Shown: one piece after another, positions 49,023 through 62,500 of the stretch
How positions within the stretch are numbered: position 1 is the stretch's first letter
Layout: every line of letters begins with the position of its first letter
NCBI GenBank assembly: GCA_010909165.1
Contig: MU008166.1
Coordinates: 806,001 to 870,000, forward strand
Reading direction: 5' to 3'
DNA length: 64,000 bases
Source: Anthoceros angustus
Lineage: Eukaryota; Plantae; Anthocerotophyta
Translations under genes and position numbers: made by a program
The notes under the pieces: model-generated
Seen by the model: the letters and a program-made list of their open reading frames with translations, nothing else
What the model was told of the DNA's origin: nothing
The model's database searches: none

Positions 49023-52000
49023 ATGGAGTTTTCGGAAGGGCGGGTTCAGGACGTGTTTGTCAGTAACGGAGAGCGGCCACGGCATCACGCGAATAAGACC
49101 TCAGGTGAGACAGGAAAATGACGGTATGCGCTGTGCTGGTTGGTTTGTTGGTTTGGTGCGTGAGGAGCTGGTGCAGTAGCTCCGTTTCTAGCTTTAAGGA
49201 TGGACGGGCGTGGTAATAATGTTTTTGCCTTGTGTTGGGGTTGGTGCAGTTGTGAACTCGGCTGGGCAGCGTCGGCGGCAGCTGGCCTCGTTAGTGGGCA
49301 GGGAGAGACGCGAGGCACTCGTCAGGGAAAAAAGGTTCCGCACAGCTGAACCTTGTCTCGATGGAGAGTCCATGGACACGGAGAGTGCGGAATCAGATGG
49401 TCTGGAGGACAAGACACGCTTAGCTGTGGAGAAGCTCAAGCTGGCGATTTTTGAGCAGTATGGTTTCTCGGCCGGTTTTTTTGGTGGTTACAGCCCTTGT
49501 TGCTCTTTTTGCTCTGTGGTGGAGCAAAATCCTGATGTCTTGCTATCTGCAGGAGATCGACTAAGAAGCTTGTTGCGCTGAAGAACTTGCGAAAGCTGTT
49601 ATCTTGTAGATCAATGCCACCTTTAGATGTTGCTGTCAAAGCGGGAGCTGTGCCACTACTCGTGGACTGCCTTAGTTTGGGCTCCTCAGAGGGTCAGGTA
49701 CTCGTGTCTAGTTTGTCTGTCATTGTTTCTTTATTATTTAGATCCCATACGCTGTTAGCAGTGCAAGTTGCTAACCTTGTTCTTTACCTTGCTTATGTTG
49801 CGGTGTTATTTCTTGCAGTTGATAGAGGCAGCATGGTCTCTTACAAACATTGCATCGGGAGAGCCAGAGCATACGCGGGCAGTGGTACCTGCAATTCCAC
49901 TTCTAATTGCCCACATAGGTGGTGAGTTCATATTATTTGCTTGTGCACGAGTTTGTGACAAAATGGTCATTCTAGCTTGGTAGCGAAACAGAGTTTGCGA
50001 AACAAAAAAATTCATTGATTTAATAGCGGCATTGATGCTAGTACATGCGCCCAAGTCAGTCGCGTGGGAATTCTGAAGATGTTGAAACTTTGAAGCAGAT
50101 CCTAAGACTTCACCAGTAGTAGCAGAACAGTGTACGTGGGCAATTGGGAATTGTGCTGGGGATTCTACCTCCGTGAGGGTGTCCCTAATCAATCAAGGAG
50201 CATTACTTCCAATTTACCATCTGATGGCTTCTCTAAGGACCTCCCTAGCGAAGATAGCCTGTTGGGCTATGTCAAATTTGATAAAGGTTTGCAGCTCTTG
50301 TTATGTTTTGGATAAGAAACTGGCATGCAGGGATCTGGTGTCACTTTGGGAGGTCTGAGTTCTACATGTTGCTAGTTGAAGGGAAGGAATGCTGATTGTT
50401 CTTTTTGTGGTACTTCTGAAGGGTCCAGACCCAAGTGCAGCCATTGAGCTGATAAAGTTGAGGAATACTGCAAATATGCTCATCACTTACATCGCAACAG
50501 GGTCTGTCTCTGGCAATGGCTATTAAACTCTTCAGTTTGTTTCTGCACTTTGGTACATTACCAGAATTCTAATATGTTTCAGCTCTTGGATTGGCAGTGA
50601 TGATGAACTGGCCACCGAAGCTGCATGGGTTCTGGTCTATCTTACATCGATGTCTGAACAAAATGCGGATGTCTTGGTGAGGTCTGGGCTGTTCCCACCC
50701 CTTGTAACTCGCCTTGCAATATCACAAAATGCCAGCTTGTTGTCTCCGGTAAGCATTCCTTAACTTCCAGACTTTGAGCTCCGTTCAGTTTGTGGTGGTT
50801 ACTGTGCCTGCGGAGTGGGCATAAGTGTAACATGACTTGCCGGCTTTCCTTAGATTTTACGTACTATTGGCAACATCTTAGCAGGGGACACGGAAAATAC
50901 AAAAGCAGACAACCTTCTTGCTGCAGGTCAAATCTTAACTGGTAACTTGTTATTCCTTTACTGGATTAGCATGTCAGAGACTGACCCCCTTTTTTTTGTC
51001 TGGGTACGGCTTGTATTCCTGTATGGCATTTGTATCCTGACCTGAATGGGTACGCCACATCTCTGCATGTTGGGTGGTCAGGAGCAGCAAAAGTCACACC
51101 CACAAGTAGCATCAGTCTTCAAAGTTAGCTCCAAGTTATGTTCTCCTACAAGTTCTTATTACTAAACTTTTTCATTGTTTCCTACTCGCAATGTTCAATC
51201 TACAGGTGGGTTTGTTGGAACGGTGTCTCGTTTTCTGGAGAGTGAGCATCGGAGTGTGCAAAAGGTAGTTGTACAGCCCACCACAGTTGTTTCCATTCTT
51301 GTCTTTGTTCCTGAGCTGTAGAGCTGTCATCTACCGTTTTGCATTGGTCAAGTTGTTGGTAATGAGTTCTGTGGCAGCTTGGTAGTGCCGATCACCTTGT
51401 TCTGAAGGGATCAAATGCTTTTGCAGGAAGCAGCGTGGGTGGTGTCCAACCTTACAGCTGGTACTATGTCTCAAAAGCAGGCAGTGTTCATGGGAGGGGC
51501 TGTACCTCCGTTGCTGCATCTTCTTGCTACAGCAGCGTTTGGTGTGAGGAAGGAAGCAGCCTATGCTGTTGGTAATATGTGTCTCTGCGCTGGGGGAAAT
51601 TCACAGCCTATCTTGGATCATTTGACAGTGCTCCTGGATAAGGGTTGCTTACCAGGCTTCATTGCTCTTGTGAGGTCACCTGACATTGAAGCCGCAAGGC
51701 TGGGTCTTCAGTTTCTTGAGCTGGTTAGTGTTTCTGGTTGCAGCAGCTCCGAATATATACAAGTTTTGTCTTCTGGCCTTTTGACAGCTAGTTGTGTTCA
51801 ATTCTTTGTGTGCTCTAGGTGATGAAGTGGCTACCGGATGGGCAAGGGCCTCGGTTGGTAGAAAAGGAAGATGGTATTGATGCAATAGAATCACTGCAAA
51901 ACCATGTCAATGATGAGCTTAGTGATTTTGCAACAGCCCTTATCGACACATACTTTGGGCCAGATTACGGACTAGAGGAGGAATACGGACCCGGCATTCT

Positions 52001-52067
52001 TCAGGTTTTAAAGGGCGAACAAGAGAGTGCTTACCCACCTTGGCGGACAGGAGGAGTGGCCTTGTAA
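49023..52067 (+). CDS. IMPA9: Importin subunit alpha, IMPA9-like, multi-exon
   Basis: IBB-like AGQRRRQ...GRERREALVREKR; ARM repeats EAAWSLTNIASG, EAAWVVSNLTAG and VRKEAAYAVGN; terminal DTYFGPDYGLEE...YPPWR. Confidence 0.88.
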
Positions 52068-53674
52068 GGAAAGGACGTCAGTTTCACAGGCAACTTTGCA
52101 CCCGTATCCAGCACCGTCGCTCGTACAGGGGACGTTGACTTCCACTGGCATTTGCAGGGGACCTCAACCAGAAATATTGTCCCATGTTTGCAGTGGTCCT
52201 GATACGACGGAGATATTCGGAGTTGGATTGTTGGAAAGACCTACGAATCTGGGTCCTATCGTGGAAGTAGCACCCGGAGATGCCATGGCCGGATCATTTG
52301 AAGGCCAGCGGAGTAGGCAGGAGTTTTTAAACAGCGCTGGACCATTTCTTACTGATATATTCATGTGTTCAGTTCTGGAGTTGCCTCCAATTCTTTTATG
52401 GCTCGAATAGCCATCAAGCTTATCAAGATGTGCCATGAGGATACCATTCGCATAGCCAGCCAGTCGCTTGCAGTCGACGTTCTAGACCGTATGAAGGTGG
52501 AACGTCTGGACTCTAGAACGCGTTAAATGTAATACTGTATTATTTTTTTGTGCATACTAGTATTTGTGCTCAGTGTATCACGTCTTTAAACTTCTTTGTA
52601 CCGCCATCTCCAAGCAGTTCAAACAAGTAGGAGCATAGGTGGGTTCTAGGTGAGTGGTGCAAACCAATGATTTGATCGATCCAAAAGAAACTGGCCTGGA
52701 GCAAACAGATAAGTCTGTGTTCGCAACGTACTTTGCAGAATAAGCGGCATTGTGGGGTTAATCTGTGCAATGTCATATTTAATTGATTGTACATGCATCC
52801 TCGATAAGCGCGGAGTCGTCCTAACGTGTAATAAGCAATTCTTAGTTGCTGTCACGTAATATCAGGAAAAGGTGGGTTGTGTGAGATTTAACAGGGTGGG
52901 AAAGGCAATCGTGGGTGAGGTTTACAGGCTCTCAGCCTTCCCAACCCTTCCAACCCTGCATTTCTCGAGATGGCAGAGCCAACTTCCCGTCTCTGATTTG
53001 AGGATGTCTTAGGTTCATATCTTGTGCCTGAGATACTGGTCGATGTTTCCAGGATTTGTTCCATGGTCCGTCACGGACTTGACAAATTGTCCTTCAAGGA
53101 CTTGACTCACAAATCTCAGTCATGGACATGACGACACGCAGGTTAAGCTGAAATCAAGGGCACTTGCCGTGTCTCTGGCTCAAAATGGAAGAGCATCCCA
53201 CAAGTCCAATCATATCGTACATTTGCCCGATTGGCATGATCAGACAATACACTAGGGCAATAGCCACCAAGTGCAGAACGAAGCTATTGTCAGTGTGCAT
53301 CCTTCAGGTGCCAGTCTTACTGCACACGAGGGGCTGCTGGCACCATGAGAAATGAAACAAATGTTCTGCTGACTAATCCAGCATGCGTACCAATAAAGGT
53401 TGCAGAACCACCGCAGAGACGTACAGCAACAGGCAGTGCGGTCAACACCTCCATGTCACGGTCGCCTCTGCGTAGGAAGAAGCCGCAGGACTTGCCAGGA
53501 GCTGACAGGAAAAACTTCCACCCGTGGAAGATGATCTTGATGAGCCCCTCCCTGCCAAGCACAAGGGCAATTCAAGAGCATGCCTGGACGTGATAACGCC
53601 TCTTGAGGGGGGGCACAATCATAGAACATATGTCCTGCCGTTTCCACTTTGAGGAACCTGTGCTCTTAGCTGTA

Positions 53675-56443
53675 CTACCCATTCACAAAGTAATCCCAGA
53701 AGTCATCTGGTTCTTGGCCTTCTTTAACAACCTGCAATTAGTGGACAACACTTAACGCCATGCTACAGACAAAAGAACCAACTTCGCACAGAAAACTTTC
53801 CCACGATGATCGGGGTACTGCTATTACCTGGACAGAAAGGTCCCTTTGAAGATGCATTTCTTTAATAAAGTTAATCCCAATCTCCTGCAATTCAGTGTCA
53901 GTAGTCTGTACATCATTACCCTCGCTAGGTGTTCTCCAATCCCTTCCAGCCCAAACGTAGAGCAAACCATGTGACTGCGCCGTCTCAGGATGCAAGGAAC
54001 CTGGTGCCAACAGAACAAATGCTGCCTTGGAGTCCAGATCATCTGCATCAAACATATCGATCTTCTCCATTCTTGGCCACTCATAGAGAGCGGGGGTACT
54101 GCTCACTTTGCTAAGCTGCTTCTTCCCAGTCCCAGAAGAAGTCTGCCAGGCATGCTCCGCAGCCTCTCCATTGGAGGACACATCAGATGCAACTAAGTCA
54201 TGAGGGCTGGGAGGAGGAGGAGTGGCAGACCTGGACAAACACTCAACCCATGGATGTTGCTTACTGGCCAAAACTGGTTCCTCCATACCCTCCCCATGCT
54301 TGCTAGGAACTTGCTCATCCTTGTCTCCAGCTGCTGATCCAAAAGTCTCTAAGACCCTAAGCCTAGAGCCACCATTTTCCTTCCCTATACAATCAACTAC
54401 TTTGGACGTGTCAGAAGAAACAATAGGAGGAAGTCGAGGTTTCCGGGACAGCCCCCGGGGAGCAGGTGGAGGATCAAAGGAATTTACAGGTAATTTCAAT
54501 GACAAACTACCCCTCCGTTGAGCCAAGGGAACCTTAGCCCCTGCAAGTGGGGGAGAGGAAGATTTTGAGTCACATGGCAGGGAGAAAGTCTCACTGGTGG
54601 AAGGCTGACGAGGAGAGGTTGGTGAAGGTGAAAAAGTCTGGGGCAGAGGTGGAGACCAAGCAAGGGAAGAGCTTGGTGAAGAATGAGACTGAGAATTGGA
54701 AGGGGAGCCATGGAAAGAGGTTGAAGGGGAGAGCACAGGAGGTGAAGAAGATATAGAGGAAGATGAAGACAAAGAATCAACAGAAAAAGGTGAAGGGGAG
54801 GAAGAAAGAGAAGGATCTGGGGAGGGCACTGGTAGGACATCTACAGCCTTTGACTGCTGTTGCCCGTCTGGACTTACAGCAGCTTCACCAACTCTAGCTT
54901 GGACAGGTGATTTATCCTCTTGCTGTGGTTTGTCCTTGCCTAGCAAACCATTACTGCTGAAAAATTTTCGCCTAAGGCGACTCCAGCCACTGTCTCTAGC
55001 TGGTATGAGAGGAGTTGGTCCAGAATAAGGGGCGACAGGTACTTCACCTTCTTTAGCTCTTTGAAACACAACAAAATCCATGTCGTAGGAGGCAACAGTC
55101 CTCAACCTGGAATTCGACGACTGGCTGTGCTCAAATCCTTCAATATCCTTCTCCACTTTGCTACTCTCACTGTCAGCCGTTCTGCTGCCATCCCCAGCAT
55201 GTTTGAGAGGACCTTTGTTCAATGCTTCCCAGAACTCCAATGGCTCAGAACCTTCAAAGACACGTACAATGGGACCCTGCGCTCTCTCATAATGCATGAC
55301 TTGATGTGCAGAAGTCTCAGCAGCAGTTGCCATGTCCGTCCCGCAGAGCCTGCCTTGCCAGACAAACAAGGCACTTGGAATATGCACGACAAAGGCACCT
55401 CTTGAATCGAGTGCCGCAACCCCAGGACTGTTGACAGCCTTCGGAACTAGATGCAGGGGATCATGGGGGGAGTGGGGAGCCATGCGGTACATCCTGAGCA
55501 TGGAGTTGGGACTCACCGGCACTGCATGGACCCTTTTCTGGCACTGTAGAAGCTGGCAAGCAAAGCCCATGTTCGGGTTCGTGACCCCTCTAGCTGCCTT
55601 GACGTCTTGGAACGCATCCTCAAAACTGCGACCCTCCCTCCACATGAGATATGCAATAACAAGCGAGGTGGACCTCGACACACCCTGGCAGCAATGTACA
55701 AACACACGCCCTCCCAGTTCCCTAACTTCCTCAAAATAGTCAAACACATCGTACAAAATGCTGGTAATGTCCTCACACGGATTGTCCTGCAGCCAGAGAG
55801 TCTTATAACTAAGCTCCTTGGGGAAATATTCCGGGCAGACGAATCCAACACAGTTAAGCACATGCGTGATACCATTGGCACGCAATGTCTCCCGGTTCTT
55901 GGCAACCGCATCGCTACCAAGGTAAATGTGCTCAGCAACCCGGGAGCACTCCTTGTCAAAGAAGGCAAATTTGTCCCTCTTGAGCTGAGTTTCCGTGGGC
56001 TCAGACGCATCCCTGGCCCGCTGCACAGCTCCGATATCCAACTTGATCTCCAGCCCATTCCTCAACCTGCTGCCGTCCTTTTTCCTGTTAGGAGTCACGG
56101 GAGGGGTCCACTCCCCGCCATCATCAGCAGCCCTAGACCAGTCGTCCACACTCTTCCGAGTAATAGCCAATGGCTGCAGCGTCGGCAGAGCAGGCCTCGC
56201 CTTGCTCCCCTGCCCTCGCGGGGTCAGAGGAAGATTCAACGCCTTCATATTGCTCTCGTTCGCAAAACCATCAGACGAAGGAAAAGCATTGCTCTCGGCA
56301 CCAGTCGGACTAAGAGGACGCTGATCTCCAGCAGACTTCCTACCTGGATATGCATTCCAGGACGCCGACCTCCAAAACGTTTTCCGAACATTAGGGAACA
56401 TCGAGTCACTAACCCCCTCCTCCTTCTTCTCTCCACCATCCAT
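53675..56443 (-). CDS. MKP1: MAP kinase phosphatase 1 (dual-specificity phosphatase with gelsolin-like domains)
   Basis: KFAFFDKECSRVAEHIYLG and catalytic VHCCQGVSRS; exon 56443-53828, 96-nt intron, final exon 53731-53675 (VVKEGQEPDDFWDYF). Confidence 0.95.
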
Positions 56444-56457
56444 CCCACTAACTCCCG

Positions 56458-56502
56458 TCACGGCCGCGACCTCCTTCCATTCGACCACCGTCCTGCCTCC
56501 AT
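56458..56502 (-). promoter_or_regulatory. Possible uORF upstream of MKP1
   Basis: ATG at 56502 opens 14 codons ending in TGA at 56458, 14 nt before the main ATG. Confidence 0.35.
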
Positions 56503-57699
56503 ATCCCTACAACCTGAAACCTCCCAAGCTCCCTCCTGCCAGACCTAAACCACAAACCTCAGGTCCCTATACCCATTCCAGTCCCTCCATCCACCCCGAC
56601 CCACCGTGACTCGCACGGCATGCAGCAGCACCACGTGACTGAAACCTAAAATCCAGGCCGGACCCGGACCACGCCTGCACCCGAAGCCGCACCATGCGCT
56701 GCTTCCTCCAGCCAACCGAACATCATTCCATCACCCCCTGCTCCCACCGCAGCAAATTCCAAACCCTTCCCCGCCCCCGGTGGAAGGAAGGCCCGTCCTT
56801 GGACTCACTCCGGGGCCACCCCAAGCTGCCACCAGCATTGCACTACCCCGGTTCTACACCAGGTCACCTAACCCTGTTTCCTGCTTCCCTTCCCGCTTCC
56901 TGCCTTCCTCCCGCCCTCCCTCCGCCTCCTCATACCCGGCATCCCCAGAGCTCACACTGAGCCAGGCAGGCAGCATGCGGGCAGCAGCACTGCATGCAGC
57001 GCCCTAATCCTGCCACCACTTCGGCCCTGCTCTTCCCTGCTGCCTCCCGGGCTCCGTGCAGCACCTACCTCCTAACTGCCGCCCCCGGAGCAGCCATAAA
57101 CAGCAGGACGCGCCAGAATTGCTGCGGCGGCTCCACGACCCGACTGCGAGCGCATTGGCAAGAAACACAATCCCAAACCCAGAGCTCCAGCAGCGGGAAT
57201 CGGCAGGATTGCGTGGATCGTAAGCCGGCTTTGCGCGAACTGCGCCTTCGACTGCTGGCTTGGCTTTCCCTTCGCCGACTCCCTTCCGCTGCCTGCAGCC
57301 GCGTCAACCCCTCTCTCTTCTTGGCGCTTCTTCTGCACACCAAAAACCAAAAACGCCGCGGGCCGATTCAAACTCCGGCCGGCCGCTGATTGTTCGGCAT
57401 CTTCGTCGGCCCGGTCTCCAGACGGTCAAAGAAGCGCTTGGTTTTCGGCTCCCGTTTCTTACCTCGCGTCTGTCGATCTTCTGCCCGTGGAGACATCCTA
57501 ACGGCACACATCCTACCTTTTCATGCGCCCCAACGGAGGCATTCGGTCCGTTTGTAAGAAAGCCAGCTTTGCCGAATTTGTCGTCCACCAATTATTCAAG
57601 TCTTTCGGGTTGCGCAACAAGACGGAACGGGTCCACAAATTCACACCCACTTCCCCATTGAATGCAATCTCACAAAATTGTATAGCCAAGATACTCCCA

Positions 57700-58738
57700 C
57701 CAGCTTTAGGAGAGGAGATCATTCAAAGACTACACTCTTCAGTCTTACTAGAAATGCATGCAATTTATCTCCATCAAGGAAGATATGTAGTTGGTATGTT
57801 CAAATGTTTCAACTTGGAGAATGCACGTGCGACAGCCACTTAAGCTTTCATCTGCTACCTGTCCTCAGTCTGAATAGAGTGAGGATGCCATACATACAAT
57901 GAGAGCTGATGGTGTTGCTGAAGATTGTCTCTTGATAGCAACATGCGCTCCAGGTGGGGCCTCTTTTCTGGGCTCGCCATTCTAATTTTTTCTACAGTCC
58001 TTTTCCATGTGGTTTGGTTTCTGTACCAAGAACAAATAATACCACCCTTCATGTTACCTCTTGCAGGTGTGGAAGAGAGTAGAGCGTTGGTAGAGCGTTG
58101 AGTGGATCTTCTGCCATGGCCTTGGCCTCTTCCTCTACCTCTGCCAGTGAACATCACCTGCAGTCTGCTGGAGATGTTTACTCTTGTTGACGATTTGACT
58201 CCATTTCGATCAATGCTCCAATTGACTCAGTAAGACTGATGTCCAAATCTTCATCCGAGTCGTGTATCCCCTTGTTTTTGCGAGCATTTCTCAAAACAAC
58301 ATTTTGATTTGTTACAAATGATGTGTAAGAGGGTGATAAGGATGATAATAAACCAACAAAACATGTTAATTTCGGGAGTTTACTGTTGGATGCATAGAAT
58401 AGACATTAGAAGATTGATAGCTTCGTAGGCAGCAAGTAGCACGCTCAAAAATCAAGAGCAAGGTGTTCTGATACCATGATGAGAATCATGCTTGCTCAAA
58501 GGATTCTTAACATTGATTATATTATCAAAGGATTCTTAACATTGATTATATTATCTAGAGCAAGTGTTTATATAGTACAAACAGTTAGAGGTTGTTGCAA
58601 CCGACATAATCGATATAACAACTAACTACTTAAGTAACTTCCTAAAAAACTACTTCTAGCCCTAAGAATTAATTAATGATTAATTCTAGGATTTAAAGGT
58701 GCCCTTGGTATATATTTTATCACACAATACGTTGAACA
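57700..58738 (-). mobile_element. Truncated Ty1/copia element: 5' LTR (58738-58477), tRNA-Met PBS (58476-58467), internally deleted gag
   Basis: TGTT...CA LTR with CTATATAAA; TGGTATCAGA PBS; LLSSLSPSYTSFVT; GRGRGRG and KPNHMEKDC zinc knuckle. Confidence 0.8.
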
Positions 58739-58847
58739 AAAGAAAGAAGATGAACTCCATTGACTAGGTCAGATACTTGAGGGATGAGTTGCTCATTGCA
58801 AAATGGGAGAGAGTGCAGATGACCATGTCATGGTAGTATAATCTGTA

Positions 58848-59095
58848 CAAAGTGCCGAGATTGATTGAGGATGATGAAGGGCACGAAGACGAGGGCTACA
58901 AGCAGAACAAAGTGGACAAAGTGCCGAGATTGATTGAGGATGATGAAGGGCACGAAGACGACGGCTACAAGCAGAATGAAGTGGACAATCGGATCCACAT
59001 TAGTCCAGGGGCTAATGGACAAACAAAGTGGACAATCGGATCCACATTAGTCCAGGGGCTAGTGGACAATCGGATCCACATTAGTCCAGGGGCTA
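58848..59095. repeat. Compound minisatellite (69 bp x2, then 34 bp x3) upstream of SPT6
   Basis: GTGGACAATCGGATCCACATTAGTCCAGGGGCTA at 58981, 59028 and 59062. Confidence 0.9.
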
Positions 59096-59543
59096 GTATA
59101 TGGCTATAAGCCAAGGGAACTTGCCCCTGATTGTCTACCCCCAAGCTACCTATCGTTCAAAATATTAGAATTTGGAATAAAAAAAAGCCTACTTATCACC
59201 GAAGCCAACGATCTCGTCTTCCGGGAGCACTCGAAGCTGTCATCAATTACATTTACCAATAGTTTGCAGGGCGATGGAGACTCGTAGCTGGATGAAAGCC
59301 ACCACAGCAGAAATACCTGTTTTTTTGCATAATACGGCGGGTTGTCGAGGAAGCATGATAGTGGGAAGCATTCCAATAACACATGTACTAAAATATTCGT
59401 TAGGTGTGTATGTAGCTATAAACGACGCCCTTCAAAACTCAGCTACCCTCAACACAATGGAAGATTTGTGAATGAACTCCGTATGACCGCACCGTAGCAG
59501 CTGGCGTCGAGTCCTCCGAGGTGCGAGCTGTGGGCGGGAAGAC

Positions 59544-62500
59544 ATGGCAGGGCCGGAGAGCGATCGGTACGAGGACGATGAGGCGGAGGACGAGGATGAG
59601 GAAGACGAGGAGGAGGGTGGGTTGTTGCTGCGTTGGCGGCCTCGTTCATGTCCGTGCCGCCGCAGCTGGGGTTCCGAGTTCCTGATTCTGACCGTCTTGT
59701 GCAGAGGAAGGTCAGGATGAGTACGAGAAGGATGATTTTATTGTAGATGAAGATGAGGAGGAGGAAGCTCCCAAGGAAGATAGCGATGAGGAAGCCAAGG
59801 CGAAGAAGAAGGAGAAAAAACGACGGAAACGGTGGGATGCGCAAGATGACTACGCGCTGGATGAGGAGGACTACGACTTGCTCGAGGAAGCCAACGCTAA
59901 AGGCTTCCGCAGGCCTACTAAGGATAGCAGCAAAAAGTTCAAAAGGCTCAAGAAGGCCGGGAAAGCTGGGAGGGAGGACGGCGGAGCTGCGTATCAGGGT
60001 CTCTCGGATGATGATGTTGGCGAGCGGAGAGGGAGAACTGCTGAAGAGGAGCTGCAACATAGGCTGTTTGGGGACTATGAAGGTTTTCAGCTGCCTTTTG
60101 TTTCAATGTCCGTTTGGGTTTTGCTTTCAAGAGCTTCGCCTTTGTGCAAAGTTCTTGGTCCTGTGAATCTGTTGATGTATTTGCATGTAAATTTTACGCA
60201 TAATGGACTGGTGGTCTGGAATGCCGACGATCCATGTGGATAATATCAATTGGAGTCTGTCTTATGCAGCTGGCCTCCCTGAAGATGTTGGTGAAGAGGA
60301 GCCAGAAGAGGATCGTGAAGAGGAGGAGGAAGGGGAGGATGATGAAATGGCAGATTTTATCGTTGATGAAGACATGGATGGAGAAGGGCAACCTTACAGG
60401 TGACCTAAAACCCCAGGGTTGCTGCTATGACGAGAAATCTATTCTGGAGTGTGGCTCACTTCAGAGACTCTGCATCTCATTATTACTCTCGGTGTTGTCT
60501 TCTTCAGGAGGAAGACTGTGAAGAAAAAGAAGTCAAGGCTGGGTGGAGAAATCTCTTCCTATGCAATTGAAGAAGCCCGGGACATATTTGGGGATGTCTC
60601 GGTGTTGTTGGATGATCATAGACAGCGTGAAATAATGGCTGTTGAAAACGAAGATGCAGATATTGAGGGCGGAGAGGATGGCTTTGGAAGACATAGAAAG
60701 TTGAAGCTGGAGCAGCAATTTGAGCCAAGCCTGTTAGCTGAACGATATATGACAGAGAAGGATGATGTCATTCGGGAGACAGATATAGCAGAAAGGATCC
60801 AGGTCTGTATGATTCATCCACTGTAATATATATGTTCTAAGTTTGTTGGTGTCTGTGTTGGCACCTCCTGACATTGGCTCTGTACCTCAGCTTTTGGAGG
60901 AGATTGTGGGTCCGCTCCCTGAAGCCAGTGAGGATCCGGCAGCAGAAGCTTTATGGATTTATGACAGAGTATTTGGTGCACTTGCAATGCCACTCAGACG
61001 TGAGTTTGAGCACCTTGCAAAACTGGACAAGCAAGAGGTCACCAGGCAAATAATGAACGTGCTTCAGCTCTTTCATGAGAAACGTTTGGAGGTATGTTTT
61101 GGAAACCTTCACTTGAAGCTTTGAAATAGATGTACGGCTCGCATGTGTGTTTAACTGGATTCTGTTATTCTAGGTTCCTTTTATCGCAATGTACCGTCAA
61201 GAACATTGTCCTGATTTGTTGCGGGAATATGTGGACGAACGAGATAGGGGTTACAGCTATGATATGGACACTGATGACAAGCCCAAGCTGCGGCGCCTTG
61301 AGGTACAGCATTCTGTGAGGCCATACTGCCGTGCTGAGATATCACACACCCTCCACTGTGAATTCCATTGTCCATTGATGCCGTTTTCTGGGTTGTTGCA
61401 CTTCATGTTAGTTGCTGACGTTTTCCATGTCTGTGTGCACCTGTGAAGGCCCTCTGGGCTGTTCAGCTTTGGGATAAGAAATGGCTGTTGTTAAGGCGGA
61501 GAAAAACGAGTCTGAGATCAGCATACCAGAAAAGGGTGCAGAGTGACATGCTTATGGACACAGCAAAGGAGGAGTTGCTAGCAAAGTTACTGACGCAGCT
61601 ACAAGCAGCACAATCAGAACTTGCTGTGGATGACGTGGATGCAAAGTTCAATTTGCATTTTCCTGCCGATGAAGTTGAAGAAAAGCAGGGACAGTTCAAG
61701 CGACCCAAGAGGCGTTCATACTACAGTGTATGCAGGAAAGCAGGACTCGGTAATGTCACAAAGTATTTTGGGCTTAGCCCTGAGCAGTTTGGAGAAAACT
61801 TGCAAGCCATGTATAAGGTAACCTTTCTGCAGTCGCTCATCTGATTGCTTGGACCCTCTGTTTGTTGGCGTAGTGTTCAGTGTGGATTGTCACAAGATTC
61901 GGGAGTCTGCCGCGTTTGACATACTATGCTTGACTCTGCAGAGGCATGAAATGGGGGATGCTCAGCTTTTCCCTGAACAAGCGGCTGCAGAATCTGCAAG
62001 CTCAACAGTGTCACAGTTTCGTGATGCAGCGTCAGCATTAAAAGGAGCAAGGCATATGGTAAGTGGGCACTTTATGAGATAATGTGTAGGTGCTATGGTT
62101 GGCACTGGTCTCAGTATAGCACATGAGATTCATTTGAATGCCGTGGCATGGAAAATCCCAGGTAGCTGTGGAGATCTTCTCTGAGCCTGCATGTCGGGAA
62201 TATGTGAGGAATGTGTTCAATGAGCGATGTGTGTTATCAACAAAACCCACGGTGGATGGCAACACTTCAATCGACTCCTTCCATAAATATGGCCCTGTGA
62301 AGTGGCTGTGCAATAAGCCAGTCAGTGCTTTTGTTGATGGCCAGTGGCTTTTGATTCAGAAAGCAGAAGAGGAGAAGCTGCTGACTGTGAAGATGGGCTT
62401 GCCTGAAGAGGTCATTCAGACTGTGGTGATGCATGAGTTTGAATCGTGCTATATTAGTGATGGTGTAAGCAAAGCTGCCCAGGCATGGAACGAACAACGA

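Noticed and set aside
48350-49024. 224-aa P/S-rich minus-strand ORF upstream of importin
   Set aside because: GC-rich promoter/5' region with no domain or splice support; not called
55607-56548. 313-aa plus-strand ORF
   Set aside because: Antisense shadow of MKP1
58981-59095. CRISPR-like 34-bp repeats
   Set aside because: Copies are directly tandem without unique spacers
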